Part shown: positions 1 to 10,538 of the stretch, piece after piece
How positions within the stretch are numbered: the stretch's first letter is position 1
Layout of the letters: the number at the start of each line of letters is the position of its first letter
From: a virus
Lineage: Duplodnaviria > Caudoviricetes
Direction: 5' to 3' (one strand)
Length of the DNA stretch: 64,000 nt
IMG/VR virus record: IMGVR_UViG_3300047576_000027
Span: 32,001 to 96,000 of that record
Program-made: the position numbers and the translations under genes
Notes under the pieces: generated by a model
The model's database searches: none
Seen by the model: only the letters and a program-made list of their open reading frames with translations
Told to the model about the DNA's origin: nothing

Positions 1-1109
1 GTCATGCTCGTGCTGCTTGTCGTTGGCGTGCCGAATACCTGCACCGTCCCCGCCGCGCCCGATAGCCCAAAGGCGTGCTCCGAATCTATCACGGTTTGGA
101 TCGATGCGACCAACCGGGACTCGGTGGGCATCATGGTCACCCAATCACCGTCGTTTACAGACGTGCCGAAGACGGCCGATTTTGTGGTGATGTACGGCGC
201 GTAATAAGTGACCACCAGCGCCGGGTTAGCCGAGAGGTAGTTGCCGGTTGGCAACCCGAGATTTCCAACAGAGAATTGAGTTGAGGAATCTATAGAAGTT
301 ATCGGGTAAGTGTTGTTGCCGAGGCCGGAACTTGCACCGCCAAACATGTTCACCTGGAGTCCTACCTGAAAGCCGGTGGTCGTCATCCCGGAGATGGTTA
401 CCTGAATCCTGTTTGGATTGCCCGACAGAACAGCGAGGTTCGCCACCGTCCCGCCCGCGACTGTAAAGGTCGGATTGGAGACGTAGGCCGTCGTTGGTTG
501 CGTCGTTTCGTTGGTGCAGGATGCCCCGGATGAGCCGCCGATGCCGCCGTACGCTGAGACATCGTTCAGCATCTTGTTCGCGAAATTAGTCCGCTCCGTG
601 CTGTTTAACTGCGACCAGACCAGTTCATAGGCCATGATCCACTGAGGCATCCAGTAATTCACGCCCCAGTCTGCCAGCCCTGTACCTGGTCCGTTGCCCA
701 TACAATAACCAAGGGCATCCGGCCCCGTCTCGATACAGACGAGCGCCATTGTCTTTTCGATGTTGTCGATCAGGTACTTTGCGGCTGTGAGGCTGGCCGT
801 CTGCGTGTTGTCGCAGTACCAGTTGACGGCAAAGTCGAGCGCCACCGTCCCGTCTGAACTGTTGACCAGGCTCTGCTGAGTCGTGTACGAGCCGATATTG
901 TTGCTGACGGAGTTCTGCACGGCCACCCATGCCGGGTTGGTGCTGACTCCCTTTGGGCAGGTTCCGGCGCTGTATCCGATCCGCGAGAGGATCGAACTGT
1001 TGAGCATCACTCGCGGGTGCGCCTGAACCGTGTAGCTAGTGCCGTTCAGGCTGACGGTGATCGCACTCAGGGACGGGGCGAGCGCGAGGAAGAGAAGCAA
1101 CTTTTTCAA
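1..1109 (-). CDS. Signal-peptide-bearing protein, possibly polysaccharide lyase/heparinase-like (runs off the window start)
   Basis: Not in the ORF track; read by hand. TTG start at 1109 overlaps the TGA of the upstream gene. Begins MKKLLLFLALAPSLSA-ITVSLNGTSYTVQAHPRVML and the frame stays open to the window edge. The HPR motif is typical of alginate-lyase/heparinase-type N-termini. Confidence 0.7.
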   Translation of the reverse strand, partial: MKKLLLFLALAPSLSAITVSLNGTSYTVQAHPRVMLNSSILSRIGYSAGTCPKGVSTNPAWVAVQNSVSNNIGSYTTQQSLVNSSDGTVALDFAVNWYCDNTQTASLTAAKYLIDNIEKTMALVCIETGPDALGYCMGNGPGTGLADWGVNYWMPQWIMAYELVWSQLNSTERTNFANKMLNDVSAYGGIGGSSGASCTNETTQPTTAYVSNPTFTVAGGTVANLAVLSGNPNRIQVTISGMTTTGFQVGLQVNMFGGASSGLGNNTYPITSIDSSTQFSVGNLGLPTGNYLSANPALVVTYYAPYITTKSAVFGTSVNDGDWVTMMPTESRLVASIQTVIDSEHAFGLSGAAGTVQVFGTPTTSSTSM

Positions 1110-2539
1110 TAGATCACCACCCCGGAACCAATAATCACTCCCGAGCCGACACTCGCGCCGCCGATTGACAGTCCCAAAGCCCCTATATTCGGCGGGTTGG
1201 AAGTGCTAACCCCCGCTATGTAAAGTCCTGCCGCGAGAGCGGGCGAGCCGGGTTGCAGATAAAAGTTTCCAGTTGACGGGCTTACCAGCAGAGGATTGGA
1301 TTCCACCGAATGAGAGCACCCGGTCGAGCCACAGTTTCCGGTCGCAGTTTCCCACGCTGAGTACGTGGAGTAGTATGTTCCGACTCCCCACTCAATGAAA
1401 TTGCTGGCCTGTACGCCGAAGGCATTGTACGTATAAACGTTCCCCGATCCGTCCGCGCCAGGATTCTCGCAACCGTTAGCAACGAGAAGTTGATTATTTG
1501 TATTTGCCTCGCTGATATTGTTTTTAATCAGATTGCTTTCGCAACCACCCGCCGTACTTCCCCCGTTCGGGCCTAGCACCTGTATTCCCGATCCACCGTT
1601 CCCCCATACCGTGTTGTTATAGATTTGATTCCCCGTCATCGAAGTTGCGCCATCTGCATAAGCGACGATTCCGCCTGCCCCGTTTCCATAGCTTATGTTG
1701 TAGTACGAAAGGGCATAGTTGTCTGCGTCAATTGCAATTCCAAAAACGTTGTTGTTGTAGATTGTGTTGAATCTGGTAGTGAACCCGTTGCCGACCGTAT
1801 CTGCCCAAATACCAGACCCGGTTGTGCTTACCTGCCCATTTCCGTTTGAAGCAGAAGTACTGTACTGAACGACCACATTTGTCGATGAAGATCCGGGGTG
1901 TATTTTGATTCCGGCAGCAAAAGCATCATTGCTTGTCGTGACATTGCCAATGGCTGTTGAATGCGTTACGAGTAAATTTGTGGCCTGATAGAACGCCAAG
2001 CCGCTTTCCTGATTCGAAGTCGCAGTATAGCCATTGACAATTACATTGGTGGTTGCGTCACAGCGAAGCCCCTCACCATTGTTGAGAGTTGTGATCCCGT
2101 TAAGGAACGTTACTCCGGTGCCTCCTAGAGAATAGATCCCCTTAGAAGTGGCTGCTGTCGTCTCCAGGCCGATAAAGGAAAGATATGACTGGCCGTTATT
2201 GTAAATCGCATAGATTCTAGTGCCGGACCCGGTTATGACAGGCATCGCACCAGACCCATACGATCCGAATGTGATCGGGTTACCGGATGAGCCACTGGAG
2301 GGGGGGATAAGCTCCTCTGCCCATGTGTCTCCAGACTGAAACAGTATCGAGTCTCCGGGACTAAAGGACTGCGCGTTAACGTGGGCTATAGTCTGCCATG
2401 CAGAGACTGTGCCGGTACAGTTAACTGCCGTCGCGGTCCCCGGATTTGAATCACTACCGGCAGAGGAATCTACACAGTAGGTCGTCGCGGAGAGTCTTAC
2501 TGATAACAGGATGGTTGCAATAATAGCCTGTCTCATCAT
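1106..2539 (-). CDS. Secreted right-handed beta-helix (pectin-lyase-like) protein
   Basis: Signal peptide MMRQAIIATILLSVRLSA; YCVDSSAGSDSNPGT..AWQTI..PGDSILF start; Asn/Gly-rich beta-helix repeats; C-terminal NPLLV..NFYLQPGSPA..NIGAL (choice-of-anchor-Q-like). Confidence 0.8.
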   Translation of the reverse strand: MMRQAIIATILLSVRLSATTYCVDSSAGSDSNPGTATAVNCTGTVSAWQTIAHVNAQSFSPGDSILFQSGDTWAEELIPPSSGSSGNPITFGSYGSGAMPVITGSGTRIYAIYNNGQSYLSFIGLETTAATSKGIYSLGGTGVTFLNGITTLNNGEGLRCDATTNVIVNGYTATSNQESGLAFYQATNLLVTHSTAIGNVTTSNDAFAAGIKIHPGSSSTNVVVQYSTSASNGNGQVSTTGSGIWADTVGNGFTTRFNTIYNNNVFGIAIDADNYALSYYNISYGNGAGGIVAYADGATSMTGNQIYNNTVWGNGGSGIQVLGPNGGSTAGGCESNLIKNNISEANTNNQLLVANGCENPGADGSGNVYTYNAFGVQASNFIEWGVGTYYSTYSAWETATGNCGSTGCSHSVESNPLLVSPSTGNFYLQPGSPALAAGLYIAGVSTSNPPNIGALGLSIGGASVGSGVIIGSGVVIY

Positions 2540-4266
2540 TGCTGATTCTCCAGGTACACGATGATCTCTACGCTTCCTGCAGTGAACGTGCTGACATTGG
2601 CTCCTACGTTCGTCAGATTGATCTGGATCACCCCCTTGTCAGCAACTTGCGCCTGTGGGGAGTAGTAAGCCTGCGCTGTAGTGGTCGAGGTGAGATCAAC
2701 ATAGTTTCCGGTGCCTGTATAGGTTGTGGCGCTTCCTAGAGAATTGCCAATTGTGGCGTGTGCCGAAGTTAACCCGGAAGCCGCAAAGGCTGTATCGACC
2801 CGGACGGTTATATGGCTTACGACCTGCTTCGGGAAAAGATTCTCAAGAGTCAACGTCTGTGTCAGGCCCGCAGTTGTAAAAGCAAAATACGGGACCGTCA
2901 TCTTGTACGCAAAGGGCTGGCGCATCGCATAGGCGATTCCGTTAGCTACGGTATATGATTCCGCAAGTTGCCCTGCCGTCGTCCAATGGGTTCCAATCCC
3001 GTCGCCCTGATACACATAAGTGGCGTTGGTGTTCGTTCCATACAGAGCCGGGTTGCTGTTCAGGTCGATGACGGAATCAAAACCATTGGTCCCGGCGAGG
3101 AGGTCAGACAGGACCGTTGAGCTGAGGGTCGCTGCGGCCGTTGTCTGCGCCCCGCTGTTTCTGGTTGTGTTCAGGATTGTAGGGACGATGCACTTCGCCT
3201 GTGCGTTTAAATTATGAACGCTAGTGCAGTAGTTCGTGTAAGTGGTCGCAATACTGGCAGCGGAACTGCCGTTGTAAATGTCGTTGGTTCCTCCCTCAAG
3301 AATGACGTTAATGGGACCGGTGTATCGGTTCATTATCGAGGCTACCTGCCCCGCGAAATTAGAGTACATCGTTGCCGCTGTTTCGCCACTAAGACATATG
3401 TTATAAAATGTTGAACCGCCTCCAAGAAGCTGCACCGTTGAAATGTACTCGTAACCAGCGGCCAGATTGTAATAATTCGCAGACGTTCCGTTCGTACCGT
3501 AACCGCAAGCGATGCTGTCTCCGACGAAGATGTTAACCGGTCTGTCGAATGCCAGCCCAGCGCTCTGCGGCAAATCGCCACGAGAGTAAAGGATCTGATT
3601 TGCCGCAAAGTTGTCCTGTGCGATCTGAGCAGCGGTGAGGGCAGTCGTGTATAGACGGACCATTTTAATGGTTCCGTAGAACGGGTAAGTTCCGAAAGCG
3701 CCGCCGATGTACCCCGCCGTGGTCCCGAGTGCTGAAGTGTTGCCATCTGTAATGTATCCACCGGCGGCAAGCCCGTTTATGTACAGTGTTGTCGGAGATC
3801 CAAAGACAACTGCAACTGAGGATGGCCCGACTGTCCTATCAACTGCCTCAGTCGATCCTCCTATGGATGGCGACCCCGCCTGGTATGCTGGAAGCTGAAG
3901 GCCGCTTCCAGTGATCGGATAAACCAGAGCTTCGGCGGTCGTAGAAGAGTTAGAAGCGAACCCGGAGAACGTAGGCGTATACCAGACTTCAATCGTCTGG
4001 ACACCATTCATCGATGGGATGCTCCAGAATCCCGCTCCCCCAACAAAAACAGTCCCCAACGTGTTTGTAGTAGGTGTTCCTCCACCGGACCAGGTGCCAG
4101 CGTTACTATTGCCACTCGAATCTGGCAAGGTAGTGGTGCTGGCATCTACCATATCGTAATAAGCCAACAGCCCAGAGTTTACAAATTGGGCATTCGCCGC
4201 CACCATAGTCGCAGTTTGTCCGTGTGCCGGTATCGCCAAAACGAAAAGAAGAAGTAGTTTTTTCAT
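2536..4266 (-). CDS. Secreted LamG/ConA-like lectin plus SGNH/GDSL esterase
   Basis: Signal peptide MKKLLLLFVLAIPAHG; LamG-like LLAYYDM..DSSGN..FYGTIKMVRLYTTALTAAQI; SGNH blocks FVGDSI, SGETA, GGTNDI, DGIGTH. Confidence 0.8.
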   Translation of the reverse strand: MKKLLLLFVLAIPAHGQTATMVAANAQFVNSGLLAYYDMVDASTTTLPDSSGNSNAGTWSGGGTPTTNTLGTVFVGGAGFWSIPSMNGVQTIEVWYTPTFSGFASNSSTTAEALVYPITGSGLQLPAYQAGSPSIGGSTEAVDRTVGPSSVAVVFGSPTTLYINGLAAGGYITDGNTSALGTTAGYIGGAFGTYPFYGTIKMVRLYTTALTAAQIAQDNFAANQILYSRGDLPQSAGLAFDRPVNIFVGDSIACGYGTNGTSANYYNLAAGYEYISTVQLLGGGSTFYNICLSGETAATMYSNFAGQVASIMNRYTGPINVILEGGTNDIYNGSSAASIATTYTNYCTSVHNLNAQAKCIVPTILNTTRNSGAQTTAAATLSSTVLSDLLAGTNGFDSVIDLNSNPALYGTNTNATYVYQGDGIGTHWTTAGQLAESYTVANGIAYAMRQPFAYKMTVPYFAFTTAGLTQTLTLENLFPKQVVSHITVRVDTAFAASGLTSAHATIGNSLGSATTYTGTGNYVDLTSTTTAQAYYSPQAQVADKGVIQINLTNVGANVSTFTAGSVEIIVYLENQQ

Positions 4267-7031
4267 TGTCCTATCACCAGAATTTCACAACTTTCCGCTG
4301 TCATTGAAGCATTCGAGGGCAAAGTCAGCGTCGTAGTACTCGGCGACGGCGGCGGGAAAGATGTGCAGCCGGTTCCGTAAGTCATCAGTGGCACCTGAGC
4401 AAACGGAGTCAGGAAAGCGAACGTCCCTGCCGATCCTGTTTGCGCATAACCGTTGAGAGCGCACGTCACCATCTTCTGTACGCCGTTGAGGCCCATTGAG
4501 CACTGCGCGGTGCCGGATGTGCCGGTGAAGTTAGAGATGAAGGGCATTGGATTGACGCTTGCCGCGCTTGTCGTATACGTGCTCGGTATATCCGTGCTCG
4601 TGGTGCGGACGTAAGGCCCGCACGTTGACCCCAGTTCCAATTGAGCACCCGACATGTAGATCGTCTGGCCAGTAGTTCCGGTCAGTACCTGCCAGCCGCG
4701 TGATCCGTCGCTTAACTGCCCCGTGTAGCAGTACCATGTTGGGGTAGTCGTGAGCGTGTGAGTTTGCCCGTGAGTATCGTCTATGCCGATAGACAGGGAC
4801 TCGCCGCCGACCGCGCCGCGCGCCCGAATAGAAGCTGAGTACGTAAGTCCCGATGTCACTGGCAGAGAATATTCCAGCCAACCCGTGCAGGTGCTACTGG
4901 TGAGAAACTTGAGCGACGTGTAGGTGCCCCAGATGTCCTGGTAGTCTGTGGAATTTGCCGTGTAAGTGCAGGGAGTTCCTGAGAAGTACCCGTACGGAAA
5001 CCACGGGTCAAAATTAAGAGTTCCGGGATCAAACTGGGAGTACGTCAGAAGATTGCTCATGTATCCCTGCCCATATGATCCGTTGGGGGTAACGATTTGT
5101 CCCTGGCTGTTGACAACGAACTGATTCGATAACCCGGCATTGAGCGTGCTTGCCTGAAGCAGATTTATATCCAGCGTCCCCGTGCAGTTGTTCACGCCGG
5201 TGACCGTGTTCTCTATGCAGGAGTTCACTGACGGCGTGCTCACCGTCGTGGCGAACGACTCCCGAATTTTGCTGGACACCACGGCACCGAGGGAGTTTGT
5301 TTCGCCGTCCCCGACGTAGTTTTGTTCCATTGTGCTGGTGTAAAGTTCGACGCCTGCCGTGGACTGCGCAAAGTAGGTTCCGTACGTTGCGGAATTGAAG
5401 TGAACGTCCTTGATATCGATGTCGGCAACTGCCGTTCCGCTTGGCCCGTCGAAATTGATGACCCGGAATCCGCCTTCCTGTGCGACGTTATCGACTTCGG
5501 TCCTGTTGTGCCCGGTGTTGCCGCTCGTGCCCTTGTTCCTGAACGTGATGCCCGTGCCGGCTGATCCGGTGCTCATGTAGCCGTTCAGGTAGTGGTGCTC
5601 CCCATAACTGGAACTTGTCGAAGCGTCAACGATGAGGACGTGACTGGTCGTGGTCATGCTGAAATCGTTGAAATGGAAGCCGTCAACCCAAATGTCAAGG
5701 TTGCTCTCCGCAACTGATGGCAGACCGCCGCCGACGCCGAGATCGTCGTAGCCGGACGTGTACCAGGCGTAGAGAGCGCCGCCGCCGTTGTTGAGATAAA
5801 CACTCGGGTTTTCCCAGTGATCTTCTTCAGAGGCAATCGAGTAAATGGCGGCCACTGAAGCGGTTCCCTCAAAGCTGCAATTCCGGAAGTTGTACTTGCC
5901 CGCGAAACTCGTCGGAGAAGCTGTCGGCCTGCCGAGCAGCAAAATCACCTTCGGATAAATCACCGAAGAAGTTATGGTGGACTCGAAATTCATCTGGTCG
6001 ATATCGACCGTGTAGGCACCGACGAAAGTGAACGCCGCCGGTTGACTACCACCAGTTTGCGGTTCGTAGTCCAGATAGCATCCTGAGCCGTGGCCACGGA
6101 TGTTCATCTTGTTCAGGGCACCAAAATTTACCGGCGAGTGAACCACGTACACGCCTGCGGAAACAGTGCAGGGGAAGTAAAGAGTCTGGCCCTCGGTCAA
6201 AGCGGCAATCGCATCGGCTATGGGGGTATCGTTATTCGTACTCCCGTCCGAGATCGCCCCGAAGTCCTCAACGCTTACGAGTTGTCTCTCCTTCGCCTGA
6301 ACTCCCTGCGGAACCGCCCCGGACCCTGCCGCCGTGAACTTGCCCAGCGGGTAAGTGCCGGTGCTGTCCAGTGTGTTGAGCACTCCAGAGACGTTGCAAA
6401 TGAACTCCGCGCCGGCCGGAACCGTACCCGTACAGGTGCCGTTCGTGAGGCCGAAGATTCCACTCGTACCGCCGAACCACGCGAGTGCTGGAGGTGTTGC
6501 ACCAGTTGCGATAGAGGTTGCCGAGAATGGCTCCGTGGTCGAGACGGCAGTGCCGTTATCGGTGATGCTGGATGCGATTGCGCTGCCTGCGGAATTACCC
6601 TTGAGGACGCTGGCGGTACTGGCTACATTTGCCCCATTGCCAGACAGACAAAAGACACTGCCGATGTATGAGAAGAGGTACGTGGTCCCGGCCACAAGTC
6701 CGCCAGAACCAACGGGCGTGCTGCAATTCGACTGGTCAAGCTGGACGGGACCGAGTCCCGCTACGTTCAGGGTTGAAGTTCCCGTATTCGTGTTGTTGGG
6801 GACGAATGAAACGATCAGGCCGGTCAAAGTCGTCACGGTCGGTGTCGGTGTCGGGCAAGTGTAGGTTGTAGTGCTGGCACCCGCAGAAGAACAAGCGGTG
6901 TTGTTGCCTGATCCAGGAGGGCCAGGCGTTCCCCCGCTGCCCCCCGGCGGGTTAATGATGACCTGTCCAAACGCCAAAGAAGCGAATATCAGCCCGAATG
7001 CGACCTTTCTTGCTCCCACGTTTATTTCCAC
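4263..7031 (-). CDS. Tailspike/tail-fibre-like protein with signal peptide (start may be GTG at 7019)
   Basis: Signal peptide RKVAFGLIFASLAFG-Q; tail-fibre N-domain GLIVSFVPNNTNTGTSTLNVAGLG; tailspike neck and beta-helix start VQAKERQLVSVEDFGAISDGSTNND; CBM-like C-terminal domain NLLTYSQFD..GAQLELGS..PYVRTT. Confidence 0.8.
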   Translation of the reverse strand: MEINVGARKVAFGLIFASLAFGQVIINPPGGSGGTPGPPGSGNNTACSSAGASTTTYTCPTPTPTVTTLTGLIVSFVPNNTNTGTSTLNVAGLGPVQLDQSNCSTPVGSGGLVAGTTYLFSYIGSVFCLSGNGANVASTASVLKGNSAGSAIASSITDNGTAVSTTEPFSATSIATGATPPALAWFGGTSGIFGLTNGTCTGTVPAGAEFICNVSGVLNTLDSTGTYPLGKFTAAGSGAVPQGVQAKERQLVSVEDFGAISDGSTNNDTPIADAIAALTEGQTLYFPCTVSAGVYVVHSPVNFGALNKMNIRGHGSGCYLDYEPQTGGSQPAAFTFVGAYTVDIDQMNFESTITSSVIYPKVILLLGRPTASPTSFAGKYNFRNCSFEGTASVAAIYSIASEEDHWENPSVYLNNGGGALYAWYTSGYDDLGVGGGLPSVAESNLDIWVDGFHFNDFSMTTTSHVLIVDASTSSSYGEHHYLNGYMSTGSAGTGITFRNKGTSGNTGHNRTEVDNVAQEGGFRVINFDGPSGTAVADIDIKDVHFNSATYGTYFAQSTAGVELYTSTMEQNYVGDGETNSLGAVVSSKIRESFATTVSTPSVNSCIENTVTGVNNCTGTLDINLLQASTLNAGLSNQFVVNSQGQIVTPNGSYGQGYMSNLLTYSQFDPGTLNFDPWFPYGYFSGTPCTYTANSTDYQDIWGTYTSLKFLTSSTCTGWLEYSLPVTSGLTYSASIRARGAVGGESLSIGIDDTHGQTHTLTTTPTWYCYTGQLSDGSRGWQVLTGTTGQTIYMSGAQLELGSTCGPYVRTTSTDIPSTYTTSAASVNPMPFISNFTGTSGTAQCSMGLNGVQKMVTCALNGYAQTGSAGTFAFLTPFAQVPLMTYGTGCTSFPPPSPSTTTLTLPSNASMTAESCEILVIGQ

Positions 7032-7411
7032 GTGAACGACACCCCGTCTCCGCTGTTTGTGGCGTCAATGTAAATCTGCCCGAGGTTCCACGACTGCGCA
7101 TTCCCAATCGGATTGCAGGCGTAGGAAGCTCCCGGCTGCCCTGCGGTGAGGGGTGGCCCGAGTGGCGTCCCTTTCTTGTTTGCCGCTGATACCCCGCTGT
7201 CGAAGCCGATCCATATCGTTCCCGAATTTGTAGAGTTCGCGGTGATCGTGCATACCGTTGCCATCGTCGGCGGATTGGTGACGTAAAGTTGAACCGGAAC
7301 GCCAGACGTGGTAACGGTGGTCGATCCCTGGTGAACAGCCTGAGCGAAAAGGGAGGCAACGAAAAGGGCCAAAACGCAGAAGGATCGGGCGCGATACATG
7401 GCACGGTACAT
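7022..7411 (-). CDS. Small beta-sandwich virion-type protein with signal peptide
   Basis: RARSFCVLALFVASLFA-QA, then an all-beta domain (ITANSTNSGTIWIG..GTPL..NLGQIYID) like the small jelly-roll proteins found before phage fibre genes. Confidence 0.6.
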   Translation of the reverse strand: MYRAMYRARSFCVLALFVASLFAQAVHQGSTTVTTSGVPVQLYVTNPPTMATVCTITANSTNSGTIWIGFDSGVSAANKKGTPLGPPLTAGQPGASYACNPIGNAQSWNLGQIYIDATNSGDGVSFTWK

Positions 7412-7480
7412 GAATGTATTGTATATCGTTGAAACTAAACGATAATTAAACTTGTAATCGGGAATTGAAACTGTTAAAAT
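7412..7480. promoter_or_regulatory. Divergent sigma70-type promoters
   Basis: Plus strand: TTGTAA (7452-7457), 17 bp, TAAAAT (7475-7480) with TG extension. Minus strand: TACAAT (7423-7418) 6 nt before the ATG at 7411 (leaderless). Confidence 0.7.
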
Positions 7481-7509
7481 TTTTGATGTGAGTACATCAG
7501 CATAACTCT

Positions 7510-7725
7510 ATGGGAACAAAGCGCGGCCTGGTGACTGACCAGCCTGCTGTCCGGCAATGGTTAATGGAGAATCGCGGAGTTTTGTCGCGTATATCCAGAA
7601 GTGTCGAGCCGCCTGTGAGTCCGCAGTTTGTTCGGCTGGTGGCTTACGGGATTGGGTCGGTTCGGGCGGACCACCCGGTGCGAAGAGAGTTGCTGGCGGC
7701 CGGGTGGCCGGGGGTGTTGCCTTAA
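7510..7725 (+). CDS. Small Cro-like/HTH DNA-binding protein (tentative)
   Basis: 71 aa, first gene after the promoter; LSRISRSVEPPVSPQFVRLVAYG resembles an HTH. Confidence 0.45.
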   Translation: MGTKRGLVTDQPAVRQWLMENRGVLSRISRSVEPPVSPQFVRLVAYGIGSVRADHPVRRELLAAGWPGVLP

Positions 7726-7896
7726 ATGAGCGATGAATCGAAATCGTCAATTGCGTGGGTTTGTGGCATCTTTTGCGCCTTGTTTTCTGCCTTTTTAGTG
7801 ACAACTGGAAGCGTTCCCGGGTGCGTAGCTTTTGGGCTTTTTTCACTTGGTTTTTTCCTGCAATCGGCAGCGTATACGATCAAGGGGAGAGACTAA
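7726..7896 (+). CDS. Small two-TM membrane protein
   Basis: Read by hand: MSDESKSSIAWVCGIFCALFSAFLVTTGSVPGCVAFGLFSLGFFLQSAAYTIKGRD; abuts both neighbours via TAA-ATG. Confidence 0.55.
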   Translation: MSDESKSSIAWVCGIFCALFSAFLVTTGSVPGCVAFGLFSLGFFLQSAAYTIKGRD

Positions 7897-8193
7897 ATGA
7901 TCGAAATTGGCCCTCAACTGAAAGAACTGAGAGGTAAGGAAATGAAGAAGGAAACGACCGTCATTACTGGTAGAATTTTCAGAGTCTTTTTTGAGAACAT
8001 CTACCGGCCAAACCCTCAGGAAACGCCTGATTCAATTCTCTCCTGCGTGGTGATAGCGGATACTACCGAAGATGCCATTCGTAAAGTTCATGATGCTTTT
8101 CCGGGAGAAGAAATTAACAGCGTCAACCTTGACACGGATTATCAATGGGAGGAGCAGGGCAAGAGGCCACGGGGAAAGACGGTCATTTTCTGA
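7897..8193 (+). CDS. Hypothetical protein
   Basis: ORF track; SD-like GGAGAG upstream. Confidence 0.5.
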   Translation: MIEIGPQLKELRGKEMKKETTVITGRIFRVFFENIYRPNPQETPDSILSCVVIADTTEDAIRKVHDAFPGEEINSVNLDTDYQWEEQGKRPRGKTVIF

Positions 8194-8238
8194 TGACCGT
8201 CATCAAGTTGTCCATTCTCGACCGGCTCCGGTGACCCC

Positions 8239-9423
8239 ATGCGCCCCCTGAAATTCCGAAAACTGTCCACACCGCTGCTTATAATCGGGGACAACCCGGC
8301 TTTCCTGGGCGGACTCTCGCGGATCGGCAGGGATATCGCCACGCTGGCCTGTACGATGCCGGAGTTCAGGATTGGCTATCTCGGGCGAGGATGCGGAAAC
8401 ACGCGACGGTTCCCGTTCGTTACCTACAACTTTCCGGAAGGCGACAACTGGGGAGAGAATCGGATTGAAGGCGTCTGGAAGGATTTCTCGAACGGGGTTG
8501 ATGGTGTCATCCTCACGACCGACGATCTGTCCCGGCGCGGATGGTTCGCGAACCCCCCAATGTACGGCACGCTGGCGAATTTTTTAGGCGAGGGCCGGTC
8601 ATTTCAGAAGTGGGCGTACACGCCCCTTGATTCATGCGGTCCAAACGGGTCAACGCTTGGAGTAGAAACCAGAATGACGGCGATGGGGTATGACCGCATT
8701 CTGACCCCTTCGGAGTGGGGGCGGGACGTTCTGATTCGGAGCGGCAGGCCGGATGCGGACTGGCTGCCTCATGGCCTGTTTATGGATGTATTTGCCATTG
8801 ACCCCAAGCCCCACGAAAAGATCGGATGGAATCCCGATGATGTCCATGTTGGGTTCGTCGCCAGCAATCAGGCACGTAAGGACTTCCCGGTCGCATTTGA
8901 GACGGCAGCACATCTGAAAGAGAAGTACGGGAACAGGTTCCATCTGTGGGTGCATACAGACACTCCCGTAAGATACTGGAACATTTATGCCCTCGCCGCT
9001 GATTATGGCGTTAACAGTTGCCTGATTCTCACCACGGACATGAATGATGCGGAACTGGCACTGAGGTATGCGGCCTGTGATTGTACAATTTTGCCGAGTG
9101 CAGGCGAGGGGTTCGGATACACCATCGCGGAGTCACTCGCCTGCGGAACCGCCTGCGTAGTGACAGATTATGCCGCCGGCCAGGAAATTGTCGAAGAGTC
9201 CTGCCGGGTCAAGCCGGTCACATTCCGGGTAGACACAATCTATAACGTCCAGCGTGCCGTGTTGTCAGGCTGGGGGTTCGCCGCCGCCGCTTACGGCCAG
9301 ATTGAGGAAAAACGAAAGGACCGCGAGTATCGGTCAGAGCAGTTACGGGAGAGCGTGGCGCACCTCCGTTGGGAGCGGTTGAAGTATCCGTGGATGAAGT
9401 GGCTGAGGCAGGGACTGAAATGA
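8239..9423 (+). CDS. GT-B fold glycosyltransferase (GT4 family)
   Basis: GGLSRI N-terminal loop, LPHG, VASNQARKDFP, PSAGEGFGYTIAESLACGTACVVTD (EGFG..E motif). Confidence 0.9.
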   Translation: MRPLKFRKLSTPLLIIGDNPAFLGGLSRIGRDIATLACTMPEFRIGYLGRGCGNTRRFPFVTYNFPEGDNWGENRIEGVWKDFSNGVDGVILTTDDLSRRGWFANPPMYGTLANFLGEGRSFQKWAYTPLDSCGPNGSTLGVETRMTAMGYDRILTPSEWGRDVLIRSGRPDADWLPHGLFMDVFAIDPKPHEKIGWNPDDVHVGFVASNQARKDFPVAFETAAHLKEKYGNRFHLWVHTDTPVRYWNIYALAADYGVNSCLILTTDMNDAELALRYAACDCTILPSAGEGFGYTIAESLACGTACVVTDYAAGQEIVEESCRVKPVTFRVDTIYNVQRAVLSGWGFAAAAYGQIEEKRKDREYRSEQLRESVAHLRWERLKYPWMKWLRQGLK

Positions 9424-9824
9424 GTTGCACAAAACCGAGGTTTTTCTATCCTGATCTCCCATGCTTGCTCCCCGATGGCCATATTGGGCCTTGCCACGTC
9501 CCAGGTAATACACCGAGTGCTGTTGTTGCCAGTCCCGAGCCCGTTCCATATGACGGTAATGCAGAAACTCACGGCCATACTGGTCCAGAATACGCACGCG
9601 TCGCGCTTCCTTCCAGCGTCCAGTTAGACCACCTGGAAGAAATCTGCGCCCTCTACGACAAGGCTTTTGGCGACTACCCGGAGCATGCCCATGAAGGAGA
9701 TTACGTCTTTCGGTTTATAAAAGCAGTCGTAGCGGCAGAGTCTGTCGGAGAAATTGACTACGCTGATCCGGATGCCACGATGAACATCATGCGGTCGATT
9801 GCCAACAGTCTGTTCTATGAATAA
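9420..9824 (+). CDS. Hypothetical protein with N-terminal CLLPDGHxGxxH motif
   Basis: ATG overlaps the GT4 stop (ATGA); Cys/His motif common in small phage proteins. Confidence 0.5.
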   Translation: MSCTKPRFFYPDLPCLLPDGHIGPCHVPGNTPSAVVASPEPVPYDGNAETHGHTGPEYARVALPSSVQLDHLEEICALYDKAFGDYPEHAHEGDYVFRFIKAVVAAESVGEIDYADPDATMNIMRSIANSLFYE

Positions 9825-10203
9825 CAATTCCACTCACATCATCCGCCACTACGCCGCGAAATTCGGACCCGACAAGCGTCCGTCCATCAGCCAGCTTTAC
9901 AGGTCCAATGATCAGATGGTCATCGGTATCCGTGAAGGCGTGAAAGTCGCATGGGGCGAAGACCCCAAAGCACAACAGGGCCGCGCTTTCGCCAGCGAAG
10001 AAGCGGCACTGAAGTTTTTAAGGCGAATCGCGGACCTCGATCAGGGTGTCCGCAAAGGGCACGTCTGCAAAGCCTGCGGATTCGCCCCGGCGGAACTCAT
10101 GGTGTGCCCGGAGAATAACGACGGGGCACACCGGATCGACCACGATCCTTCGGCGCGGATTGAAGAGATTGACGGGGAGTCGCGGGTGGCGAGGTTGAAT
10201 TGA
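9817..10203 (+). CDS. Hypothetical protein with CxxC..C..H motif
   Basis: Overlaps the upstream ORF end; CKACG..CPENNDGAH. Confidence 0.45.
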   Translation: MNNNSTHIIRHYAAKFGPDKRPSISQLYRSNDQMVIGIREGVKVAWGEDPKAQQGRAFASEEAALKFLRRIADLDQGVRKGHVCKACGFAPAELMVCPENNDGAHRIDHDPSARIEEIDGESRVARLN

Positions 10204-10538
10204 AATGTGGTGGCCGAATAAAATTCCAGAAGCTCGAATATCGGCATCTTCACAGCCGGAATATCGTCCTCCCGATTTTAGGGATTTAATAAGGCAGTTC
10301 GGGACGCGGAATGACATCAATCGGTTGATGGCGATCTTTGTCATCACTGGTGAATCAATTCCTGGATTCAGCATCTCGGAGAGTCAGGTAATTTGTGATT
10401 GCTATTTCGTCTCAGCGTGCGGTGCGCTTGCACTCGTTGGTGACCTTTGGAAAGACAAATTCAGGCCAGTCAAGTGACTATCGAGATTGTCCGGATCACA
10501 ATGGGTGACCGTCGTGAAGCGTAAGTGGATTTCCGAAG